This document shows positions 49,511 through 59,537 of a stretch of 64,000 nt of DNA, one piece after another; the first letter of the stretch is position 1, and the number at the start of each line of letters is the position of its first letter. Below the pieces are notes generated by a model that did no database searches, was not told the origin of the DNA, and saw nothing but the letters and a program-made list of their open reading frames with translations. Source of the stretch: an uncultured delta proteobacterium (GTDB taxonomy: Bacteria > Desulfobacterota > Desulfomonilia > Desulfomonilales > Desulfomonilaceae). The DNA is taken from assembly GCA_963789265.1 (NCBI GenBank), contig CAWBKB010000004.1:224001-288000 (forward strand), written 5' to 3'. A program made the position numbers and the translations under genes.

Positions 49511-49750
49511 CTATTTGAGCCGCTTGACGAATATTTTGATGACGCCGTTACCTTGCTCGGATTCCAGCACTTCATGACCCGTAGTCTTGGCCCAGGCGGG
49601 AAAGTCCGAAAGTGAGCCGGGATCGGTCGTATGCACTTCAATGACCTCACCGACTCCTACAGAGTTTATTTCCTGGCTGATCTTGACAACAGGCATGGGA
49701 CATGGAAGTCCTTTGACGTCCAGCACTTTCGAAACAGTGTGTTCTGACAT
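49511..49750 (-). CDS. tusA: TusA-family sulfur carrier
   Basis: LDVKGLPCPMP, TDPGSLSDFPAW. Confidence 0.9.
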   Translation of the reverse strand: MSEHTVSKVLDVKGLPCPMPVVKISQEINSVGVGEVIEVHTTDPGSLSDFPAWAKTTGHEVLESEQGNGVIKIFVKRLK

Positions 49751-49761
49751 TTTGCTACTCC

Positions 49762-50307
49762 CTAGATAAATAGCTGATTGCTCGATTCTTTGGCATGAGC
49801 AAGAAATGTGGCCACCCCCACGTACTCGAGGTTCGGGTAGTCGATGATCTCCTCGTGTTTGAAGCCCATCAGGTCCATGGACATCTCGCAGACCTTGATT
49901 TCCACCCCGAGTTGGGCTGCAAGTTCAAAAAGCTGATCCAGGCTGGGGGCGTTTTTCTTCTTCATGAGCCCCTTCATCATGGCCGTTCCCATTCCACCCA
50001 TGTTCATTTGTGAAAGCTTCACCCTGTTGCGGCCTTTGGGCAGCATCCAGCCGAACATTTTGGACATGAAGTCCTTGCCGTTAACGTTGGCATCCGGCTT
50101 GCGAAGCGCCGCGGTGCCCCAGAACGTGAAGAATTGGACAACTTTCATCCCCATCGCGGCAGCGCCGGTGGCGATGATCATTGCTGCCAGCAATTTGTCG
50201 AGATCTCCGGAGAACACGACCATTGCGAGTTTGTTCTGCTTGCCGGCGCCGAGCTCCTCGACTTTTTTCTCCAACTCCGCTAGTTGAACCAGTGCATCTG
50301 CGCTCAT
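49762..50307 (-). CDS. DsrE/DsrF/DrsH-like sulfurtransferase
   Basis: VFSGDLDK, FFTFWG, VCEMSMDLMG, GVATFL. Confidence 0.88.
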   Translation of the reverse strand: MSADALVQLAELEKKVEELGAGKQNKLAMVVFSGDLDKLLAAMIIATGAAAMGMKVVQFFTFWGTAALRKPDANVNGKDFMSKMFGWMLPKGRNRVKLSQMNMGGMGTAMMKGLMKKKNAPSLDQLFELAAQLGVEIKVCEMSMDLMGFKHEEIIDYPNLEYVGVATFLAHAKESSNQLFI

Positions 50308-50426
50308 TTACTGTTCCTCCATTTGTGTTACGGCAGCAGGTGCCGTTATTGATTTACCTGCCGAGGGCTGAGTCAAAGCGCCCAGCGGCGGCCACAAACA
50401 TACAGGTATGTCCATATATGAATAGA

Positions 50427-50455
50427 ATAATACCGAGACGGTTTTGGATTGTCAA
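50427..50455 (-). promoter_or_regulatory. Sigma70 promoter of the dsrE-tusA operon
   Basis: TTGACA-N17-TATTAT on the minus strand. Confidence 0.65.
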
Positions 50456-50762
50456 TCATTTTTGTCGAGAAAGGTCATGTTCACAGACTCTCTCATTGAC
50501 TAAATCGGTAAGGAACCGCTAGGTAGACTGGAATCATGGTGAGCGGAGAAGAAGTCGAAAAAGCAGACAAAAAAAGTAGCCGAACTCAGGACCCAGGCGA
50601 AGGGGGAGGAAAAGGGAGAGGATGAAGATTCTGTAAGAGGTGGCGATGCCCGTGGTTCTGGGGAACCACTCCGTTCCAACCAGGGCGGCGACTTAGGTTT
50701 TGGCCGTTGTAGAGCGGCCCGTGGCCGCTCCCGCGAACGCGGGGCGTCGGGCACGGCCCGAC

Positions 50763-50996
50763 CTACCAGTTTGTCTTATCCCGTTTGTTTCGATCCCATA
50801 TCTCCTTCTTTGGGTGGTCTCTCTTGCACTGTTCCACACACTGAGAGTAGAGGCTAGGCTTGCGGATCCGATCAAAATTGAGTTGACAGTAAGTCAGGCA
50901 CGATTGCAAACCCGAATCATCGGCCTCCGGCACCTGCGGCAGTCCACAGGCAAGCGCACCGAGCAGAAGAGAAAACAACAAAGTCTTTATTAACAT
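50763..50996 (-). CDS. Small exported protein or lipoprotein with paired CxxxC
   Basis: AAGGAG SD, hydrophobic signal ending ALAC, CLTYC...CVEQC. Confidence 0.65.
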   Translation of the reverse strand: MLIKTLLFSLLLGALACGLPQVPEADDSGLQSCLTYCQLNFDRIRKPSLYSQCVEQCKRDHPKKEIWDRNKRDKTNW

Positions 50997-51290
50997 AGCC
51001 GGTCTCCTTGAAGGGCAAAATCGGGGTCCCCAGGATCTCTCCGGAGAGATCGGCCCCGGGCCCGGGATTCAATATTTCCGAGAAGACAGCATGTCCGCAT
51101 GATATGGTACCATGAGCGAATAATACTCTGATACCCATTCGCTTTCAAACAAGTGAGAATGGGCCGATAACAAACGGCACTGACCTGGGGCCATGCTGGT
51201 GCCTCTCGCGGAACGCGGGAGGCTTTGTCAGATCCGTGCTGCATTTCCTTGATTGTTCACCGTTTGATCGCGCACAGGTATGGGCCGCTC

Positions 51291-52796
51291 TCACTTGGCG
51301 AATCCTCCCGGGGTTTTCATGTATAAGATGCCATACCTTTTCTGGATTTCATTATCCAATACTTGAGCGTTCCCAAAGTCAATAGGCAACTGAAGATTTT
51401 CGGATACCTCGAGGAGAACCTTCTTTTTACCTTGCTTAATAGAAGATTGGATTGTGTTGTACATTTGCTCGATGTTCAGGATTTTTTCCCCGTTTATTTT
51501 CTTGACCCTCTTCAAATAGGGAGTTGCGTTCACCAATCCGTATTCCGGGAATACTTCCGAAATGATGACTATTTTTTCGTACGGACGTTTCGGAAACCTG
51601 TCCAGGTACTTGGCCCGAAACGTGTCGCCCGACTTCCCCAAGTTGTCAATGCAATTCAGGGAAAGTTCTACAAATCCTATGCCGTCGTAGATGAAATAAT
51701 TCGCCCGCCTAAAGAGCTTGGAAACGAGCCTCGGCAGGTCTTTTCCGACCTTTCCGGCGATCTCCAGCGGTTTTCCGTCACGAATCACCTTTACGACGAG
51801 GGGGTCTCCGACTTTCTTGCGGTTGAGGATTTCTCTAAAAGGGACTTTCTGTCCAAGAGGCTGAAAGTAGATCTCGCCAAAATTGTCAACCGCATGTCCG
51901 TCGATCTCCACTAAAATATCATGCGCCCGGAGTCCGAATTCATAAGGACCGCCGCCCGGTACTAGATAGGTTAAGAGGATTCCGCCCTGGTTCGGGCTGA
52001 GATTGTAGTAATTCTTCAACCCGGGAAACATCTGTTGGACCTGATACCGCCAAATGGGAATCTGATCCTGCTCGTGCAGAAGGGGCATCAGCGTCTTCAC
52101 AAGGTTGACGGGAATGAAGTAATTGATCCGGTCTCCAATTTGTATGCCCTGAAAGCTGATGCCAACCACCACATCATTCATCAGGACGGGCCCTCCGGAG
52201 TTGCCGCGATTTTGCTGAAGCGAAGCTTGGACCATCAGCCATTTATCCTTGGAATACGCGTACGTGTTCACCTCTATTCTACTGATTTCTCCCTGCTCCG
52301 ATTTGCTGATCCGTTCCCCGCCTAACGGGTAACCCCACCCAAGAACCTTGTCCCCCACGCGAAGCTTGTCGCTGTCGCCCAGCGCTAGAGGGACAATTTT
52401 ACCGTTACGCTGTTCATAGTCGGCCAGTTCATGAGATTCCATCTTTAGGACTGCAAAATCCGCGCTGTCACACATCCCAACGATTTTTACTTCATAGCGC
52501 CTTTTTTCGCGCCCGTTGGATACCTTAATACTTTGCGCCATGCTGACCGCGTGCGCGTTCGTGAGGATGAGCCCTTTCTCACCCGGAAAGTTCTTTTCAT
52601 CCTTGAAAAAAAACCCGCTTGCCTTGACTTGATTGAAGTCGGGGCTTTTCCACGGCTTGTGATAGTAAGATGACTTTTTCGTAGAGAACACTCGCAGCAC
52701 CTGCGTTTCGATTGACGCGATAGGTTGGGCTGCGCATAAAGCAGCAGAGGCTAAGAAGATTGGGACAAGCCAAAAAACCATCAAACGATGCTTCAT
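51291..52796 (-). CDS. HtrA/Deg-family serine protease with PDZ domains, secreted
   Basis: LTNAHAV, DFAVL, GNSGGP catalytic triad; signal peptide. Confidence 0.88.
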   Translation of the reverse strand: MKHRLMVFWLVPIFLASAALCAAQPIASIETQVLRVFSTKKSSYYHKPWKSPDFNQVKASGFFFKDEKNFPGEKGLILTNAHAVSMAQSIKVSNGREKRRYEVKIVGMCDSADFAVLKMESHELADYEQRNGKIVPLALGDSDKLRVGDKVLGWGYPLGGERISKSEQGEISRIEVNTYAYSKDKWLMVQASLQQNRGNSGGPVLMNDVVVGISFQGIQIGDRINYFIPVNLVKTLMPLLHEQDQIPIWRYQVQQMFPGLKNYYNLSPNQGGILLTYLVPGGGPYEFGLRAHDILVEIDGHAVDNFGEIYFQPLGQKVPFREILNRKKVGDPLVVKVIRDGKPLEIAGKVGKDLPRLVSKLFRRANYFIYDGIGFVELSLNCIDNLGKSGDTFRAKYLDRFPKRPYEKIVIISEVFPEYGLVNATPYLKRVKKINGEKILNIEQMYNTIQSSIKQGKKKVLLEVSENLQLPIDFGNAQVLDNEIQKRYGILYMKTPGGFAK

Positions 52797-53106
52797 ACTG
52801 ACAAACTCCTCCGGCAATAGTGCCATCCGGTCTTAAATTCGAGCAAATAGGAGCAAAAACACCATGTAACCCGTACCATTACCATGTGGTTTTGGCAATA
52901 CTACGTGTTTGTGCTCTGAGGGCCGGCTGAAACATTGTTCCGGATCAAGTCGCAACGGACTTTTCAGGATTGTATCTCAGTTGCACCTAACGGCCGTGCG
53001 ACATTTCTCGGTTAAGCGGTGCGGATGCTGTTAGCATCTACATTGACGCATGTCCGGTCAATGTTTACCTTATTGCCAGAGAGAAAATGTTGTGAGGTGA
53101 AAAACA

Positions 53107-53406
53107 ATGTTCATGATGTACGAAACGCTGGTTCTGGCCTTTATTGCGCTAATTACTCCTCTTTTCGGAAAACTGGCCGGCTATGAATTGCGGCGAAAGC
53201 CATTTGAACTCGTCGCGGTTTCGGGCCTGTTCTTCTTGCTCACCGTGGCCTTTGGGATTCTGCCGCTTCAGGGAACTTTCCTGACGTCGATCTGGACTTT
53301 CTTGGGCATAATTTCGTACTTCGTCGGTTGGTTTGCCTTGCTCGTCGGGGCAATATGGGAATTGATAGGCGTGCTGAGCATCCCGGAAGCAAGAGAACAT
53401 GCCTAA
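53107..53406 (+). CDS. Small membrane protein
   Basis: GAGGT SD, three TM segments, terminator downstream. Confidence 0.7.
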   Translation: MFMMYETLVLAFIALITPLFGKLAGYELRRKPFELVAVSGLFFLLTVAFGILPLQGTFLTSIWTFLGIISYFVGWFALLVGAIWELIGVLSIPEAREHA

Positions 53407-53467
53407 CGATATCGAGTCCGCACTTGTGTGAGTTGGGCTTCCCACAAATCTTCTCGTAAATGTAAGC

Positions 53468-53508
53468 AACTACTCTCTTATCTGCATAAGGTGGAGAGTA
53501 GTTTTTTT
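53468..53508 (+). terminator. Intrinsic terminator
   Basis: AACTACTCTC...GAGAGTAGTT followed by a T run. Confidence 0.7.
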
Positions 53509-53543
53509 CTCAGCATCCCACTACAGGAACCGTCCTTGGCGAG

Positions 53544-53700
53544 GTAACCGTTCACTTGGCGATGGGAAATTGTCATTGCGAGGAGTGAAGCGACGAAGCA
53601 ATCTCGGTTCTAGACGCTCTCCAGAAATTAGATTGCTTCGCTTCGCTCGCAATGACACCGGTTGGAACAGATCGGTGCCCCCGGATAACCGAAAGGATAC
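53544..53700. mobile_element. IS66-like MITE containing a GTCATTGCGAG REP doublet
   Basis: Ends GTAACCGTTCAC / CCGAAAGGATAC; 8-bp duplication TTGGCGAG at 53536-53543 and 53701-53708. Confidence 0.78.
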
Positions 53701-53866
53701 TTGGCGAGATGTCTATGTTTTGAGTTTTTCCGCGAGGCATGTTAACATCATATTACTTTATTGAAGGGGCCCTTTGACCCTCCGGAGAATTGATGTTAAC
53801 CGCGCAGGGCGGAACTGTGCATGCTTTTTCAGTAGTGCGAATTGGCTGATTTGGAGGCAATTGCTC

Positions 53867-54634
53867 ATGGGTGTGGGGGTGCTTGGCAATCTATCGAATG
53901 ATAAAAAATGTCTCTGCGAGGATTTGGGGGTAATCGGCGTTTCCGAGGCTGAGCGGCTTATGTCCGCATGGCAAGCCCTCCATGTTTCCGGAAATGTTCC
54001 GGATATATTGCTGTTCCTTGCGCACCCGAAGACAGTAGCGGTGGGGCTACGAGACAGGCGCGTGCACTGGCCGAAGGACCTCCTGGTAAGCACGAAACGG
54101 CTCGAAGATGAGGGGATTGCCCTAGCCCGCTCTCTGCGTGGGGGGGGCATCACGTATCATTGGCCCGGCCAGAGAGTCTGCTATCCGGTGCTAGCTCTGC
54201 ATCCCGATGAGAGAGACGTGCCACTGTATATGCAAAAGCTCGAGCAGGTCTGCATCGAAGCATTGCGTTGTTTCGATGTGGAGGCCAAACGTCGTCGGGA
54301 AAGCCCTGCGCATGTGGGATTGTGGCTGGACGGAAGAAAACTTGTTTCTATGGGGGTTCGCGTAAGTAGCTGGGTGACGAGCTTCGGCTTTGCGTTGAAC
54401 CTCGAAGGCGATCACCGCCCAGCTAACTATATAAGACCCTGTGGCCTTGAGGGAGTGAGGCTGACTACCCTCGAAGAAGTGCATGGGAAGGCTCCACCTC
54501 GTTCATGGGTCATTGAAGCATTGACCAGAAGCTTCGTAAAGGTGTTCGGCCGGACCGTAGAACGAATTCCGGTCGGTTGTGTGAACGGGATCTGTTCCTC
54601 CGCGGAACGGACCCACGACTCCGTGACAGGATGA
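53867..54634 (+). CDS. lipB: Lipoyl(octanoyl) transferase
   Basis: HP...G, RGGGITYHWPGQ, RKLVSMG, GFALN, IRPCGL. Confidence 0.88.
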   Translation: MGVGVLGNLSNDKKCLCEDLGVIGVSEAERLMSAWQALHVSGNVPDILLFLAHPKTVAVGLRDRRVHWPKDLLVSTKRLEDEGIALARSLRGGGITYHWPGQRVCYPVLALHPDERDVPLYMQKLEQVCIEALRCFDVEAKRRRESPAHVGLWLDGRKLVSMGVRVSSWVTSFGFALNLEGDHRPANYIRPCGLEGVRLTTLEEVHGKAPPRSWVIEALTRSFVKVFGRTVERIPVGCVNGICSSAERTHDSVTG

Positions 54635-54639
54635 GGCAC

Positions 54640-55701
54640 ATGGCAGAAAAAACCCTAATTCAGGTAATGGATCCTGCAGGTCGTGTGGATGAGTCCGCGA
54701 TCAAGGAGATTTCCGAGTCAGAAATCAACAACATGTATCGGCTCATGGTTTTCACGCGCCTGTGGAATTCTAAGGCACTGAGCCTTCAACGCCAGGGGCG
54801 GCTCGGAACACTTGCTTCTGTGCGAGGCCAAGAAGCATCTAATGTGGGCATGGGCTTGGCGCTGGGACCGAAAGACTGGTTTTGTCCTGCATTCCGTGAA
54901 TACGGCGCATTCTTTGCCAAAGGAGCGGATCCGGTGACGATGTTCCAGCACTGGGGCGGTGACGACCGGGGAGCCAAGCCGCCTGAGGACTCTAGGGTCT
55001 TGCCGGTCTGCATCACTGTGGGATCCCATCTTTGCCACGCTGCCGGGATAGCCTGGGGGGCCAAAATTCGCGGGGAACGAATTGCCGTGCTGTCCAGTTC
55101 GGGGGACGGCTCAACCTCTCAGGGAGATTTCCACGAAAGCCTGAACTTCGCGGGCGTGTTCAAGCTTCCGGTTGTATTCGCAATTCAAAACAATCATTGG
55201 GCTATATCCGTTCCCGTGGAACACCAGACCGCGACTGAAACCCTGTCTGAAAAGGCGTGCGCTTACAACATAGAGGGAGCACGGGTTGACGGTAACGACG
55301 TTTTCGCAGTGTACTTGACCTTGAAACGCATGCTGGACAAGGCGAGGTCGGATTTTCAACCATCACTGGTGGAGTTGGTCACATACAGGGTGGATGATCA
55401 TACCACTTCGGATGACGCCAGCAGATACCGCAAAGAAGAAATTCTGGCGCCGTGGCGTGAAAAAGACCCTATCGACAGGATGCGCAAATACTTGATGGCC
55501 GAGAGAGGGTGGGACGACAAAAAAGAAGAGCAATTGGTAACTGAATGCACAGACGAGATAGAGCAGGCTGTTCGCGATTTTGAAGCCTTAGAGCCGGCCC
55601 ATCCAACCCATATATTTGATTATGAGTACGCAGAAATGCCCTGGCATCTACGAGAGCAGAAAGAAGAAATGCTTGAACATCTGGGCGAGTCCAAGAGGTG
55701 A
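54640..55701 (+). CDS. pdhA: 2-oxoacid (pyruvate) dehydrogenase E1 alpha
   Basis: LQRQGR, GQEA, GDGSTSQGDFHE, NNHWAIS, HTTSDD; substrate could be branched-chain. Confidence 0.85.
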   Translation: MAEKTLIQVMDPAGRVDESAIKEISESEINNMYRLMVFTRLWNSKALSLQRQGRLGTLASVRGQEASNVGMGLALGPKDWFCPAFREYGAFFAKGADPVTMFQHWGGDDRGAKPPEDSRVLPVCITVGSHLCHAAGIAWGAKIRGERIAVLSSSGDGSTSQGDFHESLNFAGVFKLPVVFAIQNNHWAISVPVEHQTATETLSEKACAYNIEGARVDGNDVFAVYLTLKRMLDKARSDFQPSLVELVTYRVDDHTTSDDASRYRKEEILAPWREKDPIDRMRKYLMAERGWDDKKEEQLVTECTDEIEQAVRDFEALEPAHPTHIFDYEYAEMPWHLREQKEEMLEHLGESKR

Positions 55702-55704
55702 ATC

Positions 55705-56686
55705 ATGGCGCGTTTATCAATGGTTGAAGCCATCAACCGCACGTTGCACGAGCTTATGCAAAAGGACGAGAGAATTGTCGTGATGGGCGAGGACGTGGCG
55801 GTGGATGGGGGCGTTTTCAGAGCCACAGTAGGGCTCCTTGACAAGTTCGGCTCTGCGCGGGTTATCGACACACCCCTGGCAGAGAGCAGCATAGTCGGCA
55901 CGGCAATAGGAATGGCAATTTATGGGATGCGCCCAGTTGCCGAGATCCAATTTGAGGGATTCATGTTCAAGGGCTACGACCAGGTTTACAGCCATGCCGC
56001 CAGAATGCGCAAACGCTCTCAAGGGCTTTACGAGGTCCCGCTGGTCATTCGAGCCCCTTATGGCGCGGGGGTCAGGGCACTTGAGCATCACTCCGACGCT
56101 CCGGAGGTTTCTTTTTGCGCATCTTCCCGGTATGAAAGTGGTCATACCATCCACGCCGTCGGACGCCAAAGGACTTCTGACTTCTGCCATTGAAGATCCG
56201 GACCCGGTCATCTTTCTTGAGCCCAAACGCCTTTACCGGCTCTTCAAAGAAGAAGTTCCCGACGGGGATCATCGTGTTCCGATCGGAGACGCTCGAATAG
56301 TTCGGGAAGGTAAAGACATATCTGTCATCACGTATGGCGGGATGGTGTCGGTCTGTGAAAGGGCAGCTCAACATGTAGAAAAGGAAGGAGTTGACGCGGA
56401 AGTGGTCGATCTGCGGACGGTCTGGCCGTTTGACATCGATGCGATTACGTCTTCAGTGAAGAAAACCGGCCGCCTGGTTATCGTCCATGAGGCTCCGCGC
56501 TCGTTTGGGGTTGGGGCGGAAATATCCGCGGAGGTGGGAGAGCGCTGTCTGCTTTCCCTGTTGGCGCCGATAAAACGTGTCACCGGATACGATGTAATAC
56601 CACCATTGTCCAAGCTTGAAGAGTATAACTATCCTGACTCCGAACGAGTTGTAAGGGCCATCCACGACACCATGGAATTTGAGTAA
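55705..56686 (+). CDS. pdhB: 2-oxoacid dehydrogenase E1 beta, +1 frameshift at about 56109
   Basis: GEDV, DTPLAES, EHHS, then PGMKVV, FLEPKRLY and VHEA in the next frame. Confidence 0.85.
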
Positions 56687-56714
56687 TTATTACGGTTCAG
56701 GGAGGATCTTGCTC

Positions 56715-58023
56715 ATGAGAGAAGTATTCAGGCTTCCCGACGTAGGGGAGGGAATTGCTGAAGCGGAAATCGTCGAGTACCTGGTTAAGGTCGGCGACAA
56801 TGTCAAGGCAGATCAGCCTGTTGTTCGCATAGAAACGGATAAGGCAGTGGTGGAACTCCCCGCTCCTGTGACAGGGAAGGTGGTGGAAATCCCCAACGAG
56901 CCGGGGAGCACCATTCGGGTGGGAGATCCGTTGCTGATAATCGAGACCGAAGCTGAAGCCAAGAAAGGGAAAGCCGAAGCCGGGGAGCGCCCTAAGCCTG
57001 CCCCCAAGGAGGAAAAGGAGGAAGCTGAACGGAAGCCGGAGCCCAAGCGGGAAAAGGCCAAGGCTGAGGAGCGGGAGGAGGAGCCGCCGAAAGAGGCACC
57101 TGAAGCCCCAAGGGTCCTGGCGACCCCGCACACTCGGCGCCTTGCACGGGAACTTAAAGTCGATATAAGCACCGTGAAAGGTTCAGGCTCGCACCGACGC
57201 ATAACAGACGATGATGTGCGAAAGGCCGCTGAAAAGGCCCCATCTCCACGGCCCAAGGGACCCACCGCCGCGGCAATTCAGGCTCCTGCAACCGCGGGGT
57301 TTGATTTCGAAAAGTACGGTCCCACCAGACGTGTCCCGCTAAAAGGCGTGCGCAAGCGTATTGCTGAAGTCATGGTGCGGTCCGTATCGACTGTTCCGCA
57401 TGTTACGCATTTTGATGAAGCCGACGTGACCGAACTCCTCGAGGTGGTGGACCACGAGCGGACCCTGGCCGAACGCCGCGGCATCAAGCTTACGATCCTT
57501 TCCTTTTTGGCCAAGGCGTGCACCGCAGCGCTAAAGGAGCACCCGGCGGTCAATTGTTCGCTCGATGAGGAGACGGGTGAGTTAGTTTACAAGGACTACT
57601 ATCATATTGGTTTTGCCACGGATACCGAAGCGGGTCTGATGGTCCCGGTGGTGCGCGACGTGGACAAGAAGTCGATCCTGCAAATTGCTGAAGATTTACA
57701 AGAATTGAGCCGAAATGCACGAGACAGAACCATAGATTTGGAGAGTTTGCGGGGAGGTGACTTTCACTATCACCAATGTCGGCGCCATCGGCGGTAACTG
57801 GGCAACGCCAATCATACTGCACCCGCAGGTCGCGATATTGTGCTCACTGCGAGCCGCGCCCAAGCCTGTGGTACGTGACGGGCAAGTGGTGATCCGTACC
57901 ATGATGCCACTGACGCTTTCATTCGATCATCGCGTCCTGGATGGGGCTACTGCCGGTCGCTTTGTCAATTTTGTCATCGACCTGCTGGAAGATCCCCTGC
58001 GCATGCTGGTGGACGTAGCTTGA
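56715..58023 (+). CDS. pdhC: Dihydrolipoamide acyltransferase E2, +1 frameshift at about 57758
   Basis: LPDVGEG, ETDKA lipoyl Lys, ATPHTRRLA, then TFTITNVG and FDHRVLDG. Confidence 0.87.
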
Positions 58024-58086
58024 TGGTATCATGAGTGAAACTTGAGCTTTCAGACGGAATTGTTACATTTTTGAGGAGGAACTATC

Positions 58087-59505
58087 ATGGTCGTAGGTGA
58101 TTTCGCCCAGGGCACACAGGTTGCCGTGATCGGCAGCGGTGTGGGAGGATATGTTGCGGCTATTCGGGCCGCCCAGTTGGGCCTGGAGGTCACTCTGGTC
58201 GAAAAGGGAATCCTGGGTGGGGTTTGCCTCAATGTGGGCTGCATTCCTTCCAAAGCGTTGATATATGTGGCCGATCTGAAGGATCGCATCGAACATGCCG
58301 ATAAGATCGGCTTGATCACCACTACAGTCAAGGTGGACATTCCAAAGCTGGTGCAATGGAAGGATCAAGTCGTCAAGAAACTCCGCAAGGGGGTAGAGAC
58401 CCTTCTCTCCCACCATAAAGTCGAAGTAGTCGCAGGCACGGCGCATCTCACAGGAGATCGGTCTTTCACAGTGGAAGGGCCTGACGGTGTGCACCGCTTC
58501 GAGTTCCAACATGCCATTCTGGCCACAGGCTCATCGCCCGCGCAGCTTCCCGGCATCCCTTATGACGGCAAGATCGTCATTGATTCAACGGATGCCCTGA
58601 AGCCGCAGAATATACCTGGTCGGCTCATCGTGGTTGGGGCCGGCTCAGTAGGGCTGGAAATGGGAATGCTGTATGCGAAGTTGGGCAGTGAAGTAACGAT
58701 GCTGGATAGTGCCGACAAGCTGCTTCCCACACTGGATCCCCAAATTGCCAGGGTCATCGAGCGGGCGCTCAATAGGCTCAATGTGAAGCTGATATTGGGA
58801 GCGAAGGTGAAGGAGTTGAAGAAAGTAGATTCCGGCGCTGAATTGCACTACATCACCCCAAAAGGGGAAGAATCCTCGGAGGCGGATCAGATCCTCGTTG
58901 GAATCGGCCGACGCCCCAACACAAGCGACCTGGGAATAGAGAAAGCGGGAATTAAGCTTGATTCAAGAGGATTCGTCGTAGTAAACGAGCGCATGGAGAC
59001 GTCAGTCCCCGGTATATTCGCAATCGGGGACATGGTAGCCGGACAAATGTTGGCCCACAAAGCCATGTACCAGGGAAAGGTGGCGGCGGAGGTAATAGCC
59101 GGGCAGCCCGCGGCATTTGAAGGAGTGGAGGTACCTGGAGTAATCTTCAGCGACCCGGAGATTGCCACCGTAGGCTTGACGGAACAGGAAGCCGAGGCCA
59201 GGAATATCAAGGTAAAGACAGGAGTCTTCCCTTTTAGGGCATCCGGCAGAGCGATGACGATGGGGGAAGAAAGCTACGGGTTCAGCAAAGTAGTGTCCGA
59301 TGCGGAAACCGGCACAGTGCTGGGGGTACATATTGTAGGTCCGCATGCCTCGGATCTCATCTCGGAGGGGTGCCTGGCGGTCGCGTCCGTGTCCCACGTG
59401 GACGATCTAACACTGACTATTCATCCTCACCCTACGCTCCCCGAAAGCATAGAAGAAGCCGCAGAGCAAGTAGAACACCGGGCGATCCACATCTTTAACC
59501 CATAG
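58087..59505 (+). CDS. lpdA: Dihydrolipoamide dehydrogenase E3
   Basis: GGVCLNVGCIPSK, LAHKA, HPHPTLPE. Confidence 0.95.
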   Translation: MVVGDFAQGTQVAVIGSGVGGYVAAIRAAQLGLEVTLVEKGILGGVCLNVGCIPSKALIYVADLKDRIEHADKIGLITTTVKVDIPKLVQWKDQVVKKLRKGVETLLSHHKVEVVAGTAHLTGDRSFTVEGPDGVHRFEFQHAILATGSSPAQLPGIPYDGKIVIDSTDALKPQNIPGRLIVVGAGSVGLEMGMLYAKLGSEVTMLDSADKLLPTLDPQIARVIERALNRLNVKLILGAKVKELKKVDSGAELHYITPKGEESSEADQILVGIGRRPNTSDLGIEKAGIKLDSRGFVVVNERMETSVPGIFAIGDMVAGQMLAHKAMYQGKVAAEVIAGQPAAFEGVEVPGVIFSDPEIATVGLTEQEAEARNIKVKTGVFPFRASGRAMTMGEESYGFSKVVSDAETGTVLGVHIVGPHASDLISEGCLAVASVSHVDDLTLTIHPHPTLPESIEEAAEQVEHRAIHIFNP

Positions 59506-59537
59506 GGGAAGGGGTGGCATGGCAGGAGGAAAGTTTC

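Noticed and set aside
50500..50760. Purine-rich stretch and ORF 50500..50754
   Set aside because: Low complexity with no convincing start or family; could not be supported as a gene.
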